Below are positions 46,229 through 53,660 of a stretch of DNA of 64,000 nt, in pieces. Location: positions 13,640 to 77,639 of the forward strand of contig SUZM01000011.1 in NCBI GenBank assembly GCA_015059965.1, in the 5' to 3' direction. Position 1 is the stretch's first letter. The number at the start of each line of letters is the position of its first letter. The DNA comes from Rikenellaceae bacterium. GTDB lineage: Bacteria > Bacteroidota > Bacteroidia > Bacteroidales > Rikenellaceae. The notes below the pieces were generated by a model. It saw nothing but the letters and a program-made list of their open reading frames with translations, searched no databases and was not told where the DNA came from. A program made the translations under genes and the position numbers.

Positions 46229-47212
46229 TTACGGCCTTTTGTTGTGCCAATCCGAATGGTCGGCTTTCTCGGAATGGGAGTCGGATCGGAACAGCGGCAG
46301 CAGGAAGATCCAGCTCACCAGGCAGAAGGCGACAGTCAGTGTCGGCACCCCGAAGGGGGCGAGTATCACGTTGGCAGCCCCCTGCGCAAAGAGGGTGAGC
46401 ACTACGCCCAGCACGGCCCAAAGGGCCGAGCGCCACGAAGGGCGGTGGAAGACGGCCCCCAGGGCAATACCTGTCAATACGGGACTGAAACCGTAGAGGC
46501 CGAGGCTGATCTCTGTCCCCGGAGCCTGAAAGAGGAGTGCCAGGGCTAAGGCCAGGGCCGATGAGAAGGCGGCCCAGAAGGCGGCCCAGCCGTTTGCGCT
46601 GATCAGCCCCGCCAAGAAGAAGAGCCCCGTGACCCAAGAGTCGAACAGGAAGACTTGGGCGATACCCCGCAACCAATAGAAGATCAGGTGAATGGGGCCT
46701 GTGGCCAGGTGGATGCTCCCCTCCTGGTGGAGTGCCGGAGTGGGCAACCCCTCGGCGGAAAGTCCTTCGAAGCTGTGGGCCGCGGCCAGCAGCAGCCAGC
46801 AGATCAGTACGAAGGGCATGGTCAGCGAGTTGAGCCGCCAACGCCGCATCACGCGGTTCATCCCCTCGCGCAGCCAGACTGTCGAGGCGGCACCCAGCAT
46901 CAGGACGCACCAGGTCAGCGGAGTGCTCCTCAGGAAGCTCATCAGGGCACAACCCAGCAGAATGCCGTTGAAGCCCCATAGACCCGCCTCCCCCTCCGAG
47001 GGTTTCAGGCGCAGCAGGTGGCCGGTCAGGGTCGATACCGCGAGGCCGACCACGGCACCCCATGCTACGGCCATCCGCCCCTCGCTCCAGGCACCCCAAA
47101 AGATGCCGATCAGAAAGAAGAGGCTGCAGCTCACACTCTGCTGAAACATCACCTGTCCTGCGCCGCACAGCATGCCGCGCAACATCGTTCTAATGGTTTG
47201 TATGCGATTCAT
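46229..47212 (-). CDS. urea transporter (UT family)
   Basis: 327 aa, polytopic. GAGQVMFQQS and GLWGFNGILLGCAL are typical of UT/Yut channels. It lies directly downstream of ureD. Confidence 0.85.
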   Translation of the reverse strand: MNRIQTIRTMLRGMLCGAGQVMFQQSVSCSLFFLIGIFWGAWSEGRMAVAWGAVVGLAVSTLTGHLLRLKPSEGEAGLWGFNGILLGCALMSFLRSTPLTWCVLMLGAASTVWLREGMNRVMRRWRLNSLTMPFVLICWLLLAAAHSFEGLSAEGLPTPALHQEGSIHLATGPIHLIFYWLRGIAQVFLFDSWVTGLFFLAGLISANGWAAFWAAFSSALALALALLFQAPGTEISLGLYGFSPVLTGIALGAVFHRPSWRSALWAVLGVVLTLFAQGAANVILAPFGVPTLTVAFCLVSWIFLLPLFRSDSHSEKADHSDWHNKRP

Positions 47213-47240
47213 TTGGTGTGGGAATTTCTAAGTGATTCAA

Positions 47241-47276
47241 TTTGTATATAACTCTTATTTTGTATATAACTTTTAT
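47241..47276. repeat. tandem direct repeat 2 x 18 nt (TTTGTATATAACTCTTAT / TTTGTATATAACTTTTAT)
   Basis: Seen in the ureD-urea transporter spacer. Confidence 0.85.
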
Positions 47277-47305
47277 TGTGCAAAACAGCATAAATTAGAA
47301 ATTTT

Positions 47306-48223
47306 TTATCGCCAGGGGAACTCCTCGGGCATGGGGACTCCTTTGATTGTTTGGCGCACGCAGGAGCAGAGCTCACGCAGGAGCCCTTTGGCGGTTTCGC
47401 CCCTGCGGCTCAGGATGCGGCATTGCAGGCCGGCATCGTTTGGCAGGCGCAGGAGCCCCAGACCATACTCTTCGAAGAGACCGACCCGGGGGCCGATCTT
47501 CTGAAAGAGGGTGTCGCGAGCCTCTTTCGGGGTGAGGATGAGTGCCGAGGCAAAGACCTCGTATCGGCCCAGCACCCCCGGGCTTGCCGGAGAGTGCCGT
47601 GCGGGCTCCAGGAGGATCTTTTCGCGCATCAGCTCCCGGCCCGATGGACGGCGCACCGAGAGGTTCAGCGCCAGCAGATCGTAGCGAAAACGCTCATCGT
47701 GGTGCCGGTGTCGTCCGGCCAGGCAGCACTCCCCGTAGAAGAGGGTGGCCGTGGGATCTATCGTGAGCTCCGTCGTGCTCCACCTGCGGCTGTTGCGGCA
47801 GGGGATCAGGGGCTCGGGCAGGTACTCCATATAGGCCCCTTTGTCGAGGCGGAAGCGCTGTTCGACGGCCGAGAAGTTGTGGCGCATCGTGGCCACCTTC
47901 GTGGCGGCCCCCGTGGAGAGGAAGAGCTCCCCCTCGGGGCCCACATCCACCTCGGTCAGGTAGCGGTCGCCATCCACCTCGGGCCCACCGGCGGAGAGGA
48001 TGTAGAGACAGGCCATTCCGGGCAACTGCTCATCAAAGTAGAGGGCCTGCTGGGCAATCAGCGGGGCGTGGCGCTCCCATCTTTTCAGAAGGGTTCGCCC
48101 TTTGGGGTCGCGCTCGAAGCCCAGGCGCAGGAGTCCGCATTTGCCGGCGCCGCCCGCCGCCATGGCCGGAGGATCGGCTCCATAGGGCTTTAGTTCGCGG
48201 ATGGCTGAGAGGTCGCTCATCAT
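47306..48223 (-). CDS. ureD: urease accessory protein UreD/UreH
   Basis: 305 aa with UreD-family similarity. It overlaps ureG by 4 nt. Confidence 0.88.
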   Translation of the reverse strand: MMSDLSAIRELKPYGADPPAMAAGGAGKCGLLRLGFERDPKGRTLLKRWERHAPLIAQQALYFDEQLPGMACLYILSAGGPEVDGDRYLTEVDVGPEGELFLSTGAATKVATMRHNFSAVEQRFRLDKGAYMEYLPEPLIPCRNSRRWSTTELTIDPTATLFYGECCLAGRHRHHDERFRYDLLALNLSVRRPSGRELMREKILLEPARHSPASPGVLGRYEVFASALILTPKEARDTLFQKIGPRVGLFEEYGLGLLRLPNDAGLQCRILSRRGETAKGLLRELCSCVRQTIKGVPMPEEFPWR

Positions 48224-48849
48224 GGCTCGTCCGGCAGTTGGAGGTCAAAGAGGGCCATGCGGCGGATTAGGCCCAGGAGCTCGTCAATCCCCTCGCCACT
48301 TCGACAGTTCGTAAACAGAAAGGGTTTGCCCGGGCGCATGAGCTCCGAGTCGCGGCGCATCACCTCGAGCGAGGCTCCCACATAGGGGGCCAGGTCGAAC
48401 TTGTTGATCACCAGGATATCCGACTGCGAAATACCGGGGCCGTCCTTGCGCGGAATCTTGTCGCCCGCCGCCACGTCGATCACATAGATGAAGAAATCGA
48501 CCAGCGCAGGGCTGAAGGTGAGCGTGAGGTTGTCGCCGCCCGACTCGATGAGTACCACCTCCGAGTCGGGGAAACGCCGTTCCATCTCCTCCACGGCGGC
48601 CAGATTCATCGACGGATCTTCGCGCACGGCGGTATGGGGGCAGGCCCCCGTCTCCACGCCCAGGATGCGATCCTCCATCAGGATTCCCTTGAGCATGCGG
48701 CGTACATGTTCGGCATCCTCCGTGGTGACAATGTCGTTGGTGATCACCAATACCCGGAGACCGAGCTCCAGGAAGCGAGGCACCAGGGCCTCAATCAAGG
48801 CGGTCTTTCCCGACCCTACGGGCCCGCCGATTCCGATCCTGCAAGACAT
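48220..48849 (-). CDS. ureG: urease accessory GTPase UreG
   Basis: 209 aa with P-loop [13 protein letters not shown], metal-binding [13 protein letters not shown] and the G4 motif INKFDL. Confidence 0.95.
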   Translation of the reverse strand: MSCRIGIGGPVGSGKTALIEALVPRFLELGLRVLVITNDIVTTEDAEHVRRMLKGILMEDRILGVETGACPHTAVREDPSMNLAAVEEMERRFPDSEVVLIESGGDNLTLTFSPALVDFFIYVIDVAAGDKIPRKDGPGISQSDILVINKFDLAPYVGASLEVMRRDSELMRPGKPFLFTNCRSGEGIDELLGLIRRMALFDLQLPDEP

Positions 48850-48877
48850 AGTTTAAATTTTTCAGCATTTATAATTT

Positions 48878-49028
48878 AATGAGCAATGAGCAATGAGCAA
48901 TGAGCAATTGGGCTTACGCACCGAGATAATCGATTGGGAATATTTCCAACGACAAGAAAATCATTTCTTACTACTCACTTCTCATTTCTCATTGCTCATT
49001 ACTCATTACTCATTTCTCATTTCTCATT
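48878..49028. repeat. composite repeat copy B, between ureF and ureG
   Basis: (AATGAGC)x4, then AATTGGGCTTACGCACCGAGATAATCGATTGGGAATATTTCCAACGACAAGAAAATCATT, then nine 7-nt units of type nCTCATT. Confidence 0.9.
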
Positions 49029-49043
49029 GCACACAGCATTCTC

Positions 49044-49745
49044 CTAATTCATAAACATGCGCTGCGTGCCTTGTTCGTGCATCGAAGCGAGGATCTCCAA
49101 TTCGGGGGCGAAGAGTTCGATCTCGTCGAGCGTTCGGGGCGCGAGCTCCGCATAGAGCTCTTCGACCTGCGGGGCCAGGCCGAAGAGGAGTCGCTGTGTC
49201 GCGAGGTGGTCGATGCGCATCAGACGCAGGGCGGCACTCGTTATCTGCGAGGCGATGCCGTAGAGCAGGGTCGTGAAGAGCTCCTCCTCGCTCAGCTCGA
49301 GAGTCGAGAAGAGCACCCCCATTGTGGTGGCGTGGTGTCCCGCGATCTCACCCTTGCGGATCGCCTCGGCCCAGCGGCCGGGGGCCTCTTCGGGGAGCAT
49401 GTCGCGGGCCAGCTCGGCGAGCTTATGGCCCATGCGCAGGCTCATGCGGCGGTTTTCGTCCCCAGTCTTGAAGAGGCTGAGGCGTTCGTCGGCCCTTCGG
49501 GCCTCTGCGAAATCGCCTCGAACTGTCGCGCGGCAGGCTGCAAGAGAGGCCACGCCGTCGCAGGTTGCCGACTGACGGACCGCCGCGAGCAGAAACTCTC
49601 CGAGCGATCTTTCCGAGGTGACTCTTCCCGCCGCCACCGCCGCCTCGAGTCCCACCGAGAAGCTGAAGCCCCCGACCGGCAGTGCCGAGTCGGAGAGTTG
49701 CCTCAGCCAAAAGGCGCGGCTAACCCTGCTCTTCGGGGTGCTCAT
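49044..49745 (-). CDS. ureF: urease accessory protein UreF
   Basis: 233 aa. LRQLSDSALPVGGFSFSVGLEAAV is typical of UreF. Confidence 0.9.
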   Translation of the reverse strand: MSTPKSRVSRAFWLRQLSDSALPVGGFSFSVGLEAAVAAGRVTSERSLGEFLLAAVRQSATCDGVASLAACRATVRGDFAEARRADERLSLFKTGDENRRMSLRMGHKLAELARDMLPEEAPGRWAEAIRKGEIAGHHATTMGVLFSTLELSEEELFTTLLYGIASQITSAALRLMRIDHLATQRLLFGLAPQVEELYAELAPRTLDEIELFAPELEILASMHEQGTQRMFMN

Positions 49746-50304
49746 CTTCGGTGTGGTGGTTGTGGTGTTGCTCTGTGCCGCCGAACAGGCGCCGTACCTC
49801 GTGGGGGGCGAGGTAGGGAATTACTTCCCCTCCCGCCTCGAAGTGGCACTCGACCCCCTCCGGGTGGTGGCTCTCGATGACGCTCAGCATCACCTTGCGG
49901 TCCACGGTGAGCGGTACATAGACCTTTTTGTGGCGGATCACGGCGGGCCAATGTTGGTTGCCGATGGCGTGACCCAACTCGAAGAGCCGCTCCTGCTGCA
50001 CCGCGAGGGGAAACTCTTGCAACCCTTCCAGGTCGATGACCAGGACTTCGTTTAGGGCGAGGCTCACCACCAGCGCCCGACCCGTTTGGGGGTCGTAGCG
50101 CAGGATGTCCCCATCGTGCAGGCGCTCGGGGCGCCTGAGGGCCACGGCTACCTCCTCCCCCGAATCGGTGTGGGCCACGAAGCGGCTCTTTTGAGCGGTC
50201 CACTGGTCGAGTACCAGCCGTTCGATAGTGGCCTGGGCCAGTCGTTCGGCCCAGGCCGGCTCGTGGCGGTTGCCCGCCACCGAGGTGAAAAGTGTGCGCT
50301 CCAT
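49720..50304 (-). CDS. ureE: urease accessory (Ni metallochaperone) protein UreE
   Basis: The ORF is 49720..50481. The start at MERTLFTS overlaps the ureC stop (ATGA). It has GNQHWP and a His-rich tail HHNHHTEDEH. Confidence 0.88.
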   Translation of the reverse strand: MERTLFTSVAGNRHEPAWAERLAQATIERLVLDQWTAQKSRFVAHTDSGEEVAVALRRPERLHDGDILRYDPQTGRALVVSLALNEVLVIDLEGLQEFPLAVQQERLFELGHAIGNQHWPAVIRHKKVYVPLTVDRKVMLSVIESHHPEGVECHFEAGGEVIPYLAPHEVRRLFGGTEQHHNHHTEDEHPEEQG

Positions 50305-52022
50305 CAGCTGAACCAGTAGAGTTGTCCTAAGGCGACCCGCTCGGCCGGACGGAGCGAGACCACTTCGCCGTTGATGCGCACCTCGAAGGTCTGCGAATCG
50401 ACCTCGATGTGGGGGGTGGCATTGTTCAGATACATCTGCTCCTTGGTCAGTTGGCGGGTGTGCTGCACGGGCAGAACGCACTTCTCAAGCCCCAAGCGCT
50501 CCTTGATCCCCAGTTCAAAGGCTGCCTTCGAGACAAAGGAGATGCAGCTGCGCTTCAGCGCCTTGCCCCGAGCCCCGAACATCGGGCGGTAGATCATCGG
50601 TTGCGGAGTGGGCAGCGAGGCGTTCGGATCTCCGATATTTGCCCAATTGATCATCCCCCCTTTGATCACCATCTTGGGTTTGGCTCCGAACATTGCCGGC
50701 TCCCAGAGTACCAGGTCGGCCACCTTGCCCTTGGCGATTGAGCCGACGTAGTCCGAGATGCCGAAGCAGATGGCCGGGTTGAGGGTGATCTTCGCCAAAT
50801 AGCGCCGGACGCGGAAGTTGTCGTTTTCGGGGCTCTCCTCCTTGAGCCTTCCGCAGGCCTGCTTCATGTAGGAGGCCATCTGGAAGGTGCGCATGAAGCT
50901 CTCACCCACGCGGCCCATGGCTTGCGAGTCGGACGAGACCATCGACAGCACGCCCAGGTCGTGGAGCATATTCTCGGCTGCCTGGGTCTCGGTGCGCACG
51001 CGGCTCTCGGCAAACGAGACATCGGAGGGGATCTTCGGGTTGAGGTTGTGGCAGACCATGATCATATCGAAGAGCTCGGCCTGCGAGTTGATTCCAAAGG
51101 GAAGGGTGGGGTTGGTCGATGAGGGGAGGACGTTTGCCATCGAGGCCACCTTCAGCAGATCGGGGGCATGGCCGCCACCGGCCCCCTCGGTATGGTAGGT
51201 GTGAATCGTGCGCCCCTCGAAGGCTGCGATCGTATCCTCGACATAGCCCCCTTCGTTGAGGGTGTCGGTGTGGATGGCCACCTGGACATCGTAGCGGTCG
51301 GCCATCTTTAGGGCCGTGCGGATCGACTCGGGGGTCGAGCCCCAATCCTCGTGGACCTTCAGCCCGCAGCATCCCGCCTCGAGCTGTTCGGCAATGGACC
51401 GTTTGCCCGAGCAGTTGCCCTTACCCAGCAACCCGATATTGATGGGCAGATCCTCCACGGCCTGCAGCATCCGCTCCACGTTCCACACCCCCGGGGTGAT
51501 GGTTGTGCCGTTGGTGCCGTCCGTAGGACCTACGCCGCCGCCGATGAGGGTTGTGATGCCGTTTGAGAGGGCTGCTTCGGCCTGCTGGGGAGCGATCATG
51601 TGGACGTGGCCGTCGATGCCTCCGGCGGTGAGGATCAGATGCTCCCCCGAGATGGCATCGGTCGAAGCTCCGGTTACCAACTCGGGAGAGACTCCCGACA
51701 TCGTGTCGGGATTCCCCGCCTTGCCGATACCGGCAATCAGTCCATCCTTAATTCCGACATCGGCCTTGACGACACCCAATATGGGGTCGAGGATCGTTAC
51801 GTTGGTGATCACCAGGTCGAGCGAGCCCTCTTTCGAGGTGAGCTCGGCGGCTTGTCCCATGCCATCGCGCAGGGTCTTGCCTCCACCGTAGACCACCTCA
51901 TCGCCGTAGCCGCGCAGATCCTTCTCGATCTCCACATAGAGCTCCGTGTCGCCCAGGCGGATCTTGTCGCCCACCGTAGGGCCGAACAGGTCAGCGTATG
52001 CCTGTCTTGTGATGCTTGCCAT
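50304..52022 (-). CDS. ureC: urease subunit alpha
   Basis: 572 aa with [20 protein letters not shown] and [11 protein letters not shown] (Ni-site residues). Confidence 0.97.
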   Translation of the reverse strand: MASITRQAYADLFGPTVGDKIRLGDTELYVEIEKDLRGYGDEVVYGGGKTLRDGMGQAAELTSKEGSLDLVITNVTILDPILGVVKADVGIKDGLIAGIGKAGNPDTMSGVSPELVTGASTDAISGEHLILTAGGIDGHVHMIAPQQAEAALSNGITTLIGGGVGPTDGTNGTTITPGVWNVERMLQAVEDLPINIGLLGKGNCSGKRSIAEQLEAGCCGLKVHEDWGSTPESIRTALKMADRYDVQVAIHTDTLNEGGYVEDTIAAFEGRTIHTYHTEGAGGGHAPDLLKVASMANVLPSSTNPTLPFGINSQAELFDMIMVCHNLNPKIPSDVSFAESRVRTETQAAENMLHDLGVLSMVSSDSQAMGRVGESFMRTFQMASYMKQACGRLKEESPENDNFRVRRYLAKITLNPAICFGISDYVGSIAKGKVADLVLWEPAMFGAKPKMVIKGGMINWANIGDPNASLPTPQPMIYRPMFGARGKALKRSCISFVSKAAFELGIKERLGLEKCVLPVQHTRQLTKEQMYLNNATPHIEVDSQTFEVRINGEVVSLRPAERVALGQLYWFS

Positions 52023-52025
52023 TTC

Positions 52026-52559
52026 TTATCTCTCGGTTTTGTGGTTACTTAATCCTTGTTTTTCGGTCTCCGGGCATTGCTCGGGCTTCTCGTTCGAGCA
52101 GTGGTGGCCGTGTCGGGGCTCCACATCGCGAAAGCCCAAGTGCTTCATCCTGCGGAAGGCGAGGGCCTTGGCGGGATAGTATCCCGGGGCCTCTTCACGG
52201 GCCGTGCACCCCTGTGCCAGGCCATTGAAGCCGATGATGCGCTGCTTGCCCGCAAAGGGGACGATCTGAACCGTCTTCTCATCCCCGGGCTCGAAGCGGA
52301 TGGCCGTCGTGGCGGGGATGTTCAGGTGACAGCCGAAGGCCGCCTTGCGGTCGAACTGCAGGTAGCGGTTGGCCTCGAAGAGGTGGAAGTGTGAGCCCAC
52401 CTGAATGGGGCGATCTCCCGTGTTTTGGATGAGCAGGGTGGTTACGGGGCGATCCTCGTTGTAGGTTATCGGCTCTGCGGCCAGAAGGGTGCCGCCGACC
52501 GGAACGGCCTCGCGGGGTGCAAAGCCTTGCTCCATGGGGTATATCGAATGCTTCTTCAT
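52026..52559 (-). CDS. ureB: urease subunit beta with extended His/Cys-containing C-terminal tail
   Basis: 177 aa. The core has [17 protein letters not shown]...IRFEPGDEK. About 50 extra C-terminal residues include [14 protein letters not shown]. Confidence 0.92.
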   Translation of the reverse strand: MKKHSIYPMEQGFAPREAVPVGGTLLAAEPITYNEDRPVTTLLIQNTGDRPIQVGSHFHLFEANRYLQFDRKAAFGCHLNIPATTAIRFEPGDEKTVQIVPFAGKQRIIGFNGLAQGCTAREEAPGYYPAKALAFRRMKHLGFRDVEPRHGHHCSNEKPEQCPETEKQGLSNHKTER

Positions 52560-52564
52560 AGGGC

Positions 52565-52867
52565 CTACTTGATGGGTTGATGAATGCTGACGAGTCGCGA
52601 ACCGTCGGTAAATACCGCCTCGACCTGCAGCAGGTTTACCATGTCGGCAACCCCCTCCATCACATCTTCGCGGCGGAGTACTTCGGACGACTCCTTCATG
52701 ACCTGCTCCACGCTTTTGCCTTCGCGAGCCCCCTCCAGCGCATAGGAGGTGATGTAGGCTACGGCCTCGGGGTAGTTGAGCTTCAACCCCTTGGCTTTGC
52801 GTCGCTCGGCCACCTGGCCCAGCGACAAGAGCATCAGTTTTTCAATCTCTCTGGGTGATAAATGCAT
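52565..52867 (-). CDS. ureA: urease subunit gamma
   Basis: 100 aa: [37 protein letters not shown]. Confidence 0.96.
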   Translation of the reverse strand: MHLSPREIEKLMLLSLGQVAERRKAKGLKLNYPEAVAYITSYALEGAREGKSVEQVMKESSEVLRREDVMEGVADMVNLLQVEAVFTDGSRLVSIHQPIK

Positions 52868-52924
52868 AGGTATATAAAATTTTGAAAGTGTTTCGAATTG
52901 ACTTCTTTTTCGTTATCTTTATAT

Positions 52925-53027
52925 TATTGAAAATTCTTTATTGAAAATTCTTTATTGAAAACTCTTTATTTCGGTCTATATCACCATATAAATATTTTGG
53001 TGCGCAGCCCAATTGTGAATTGTAAAT
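52925..53027. repeat. composite repeat copy F (reverse orientation), between crcB stop and ureA start
   Basis: (TATTGAAAATTCTT)x3, then ATTTCGGTCTATATCACCATATAAATATTTTGGTGCGCAGCCCAATTG, then TGAATTG and TAAATTC. The core matches the reverse complement of the copy B left core. Confidence 0.8.
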
Positions 53028-53402
53028 TCATCGCACGATCTCTCTTCCGATCATCACCATCGTAAGGCCCAATGCGAAGCTGAGGCTGAGGTAGAGGGTG
53101 AAGAGTCCCCAATGCTCATCGGAGAGCAGGCGGTAGAGGTCGTCGCTGAAGGATGAAAAGGTGGTCAGGCCTCCGCAGAAGCCCGTGATCAACAATGCAG
53201 AGAGGGCGGGCGAGAGGAGGCGGTGGCGTTCAGCCAATCCATAGAGCAGACCAATCAGAAGCGATCCTACGACATTTACGGCAAAGGTCCCCCAGGGAAA
53301 GTTTGCCGCAGGGGCGATGTGGTTTATGTAGCGCCCCACCAGGTAGCGCAGGCAGGTGCCCAGGAATCCGCCGAGACCGGCAATCAGCATCAAACGTATC
53401 AT
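53028..53402 (-). CDS. crcB: fluoride ion channel CrcB/FluC
   Basis: 124 aa with 4 TM segments and GGFLGTCLRY and GFCGGLTTFSSF motifs. Confidence 0.92.
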   Translation of the reverse strand: MIRLMLIAGLGGFLGTCLRYLVGRYINHIAPAANFPWGTFAVNVVGSLLIGLLYGLAERHRLLSPALSALLITGFCGGLTTFSSFSDDLYRLLSDEHWGLFTLYLSLSFALGLTMVMIGREIVR

Positions 53403-53430
53403 TGATTTTCCGTTTTTTCAGGGCTTGGTG

Positions 53431-53445
53431 GCAAGGATTGTGCCA
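53431..53445 (-). promoter_or_regulatory. sigma-54 type -24/-12 promoter element TGGCACAATCCTTGC upstream of crcB
   Basis: The minus strand reads CTGGCAC-AATCC-TTGCC, a perfect match to TGGCAC-N5-TTGC. The GC of the -12 element is 29 nt before the crcB ATG. rpoN is present in this window. Confidence 0.55.
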
Positions 53446-53460
53446 GAATAATTTAGGGAG

Positions 53461-53598
53461 GTGAGCAATGAGTAATGAACAAAGAATAACAAGTAATGAG
53501 CGGGGATGCTTTGTCGGGGAGCCAAAGCAGAAACGGGGCATATTGCCAACGACAAGGAAAATAATTTTGAATTTTGAATTTTGAATTTTGAATTTTTT
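53461..53598. repeat. composite repeat copy D, between crcB and glyQS
   Basis: Degenerate AATGAGC-type array, then a core containing GCATATTGCCAACGACAAGGAAAATAATT, then (AATTTTG)x5. Confidence 0.75.
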
Positions 53599-53599
53599 G

Positions 53600-53607
53600 T
53601 ACCTTTG
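53600..53607 (+). promoter_or_regulatory. -7 box TACCTTTG for glyQS
   Basis: Exact match 53 nt upstream of the ATG. Confidence 0.65.
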
Positions 53608-53660
53608 TCGGTTGGTAGGTAATAAACCACGGTAACGAAAACAAAAACAACTCGAAATAA

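Noticed and set aside
46170-47168. 332-aa minus-strand ORF overlapping the urea transporter gene in another frame.
   Set aside because: It is an Arg/Pro/Gly-rich out-of-frame translation of the UT gene. The 46229-47212 frame gives a coherent polytopic UT-family protein.
49720-50481. N-terminal extensions of ORF-track entries: ureE 253 aa, purD 444 aa, rpoN 495 aa, mutS 924 aa, the DUF4923-like gene 230 aa, the MBL hydrolase 267 aa.
   Set aside because: The extensions overlap upstream genes or spacers, lack family similarity and often begin at non-ATG codons. Internal ATGs give canonical N-termini (for example the ureE ATG overlapping the ureC stop as ATGA).
53403-53460. Fluoride riboswitch expected upstream of crcB.
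   Set aside because: The upstream sequence lacks the conserved GGnGATGG...CTGATGATGCCTAC-type elements. The hairpin TGGCA-CAATCCT-TGCCA fits a sigma-54 -24/-12 element better.
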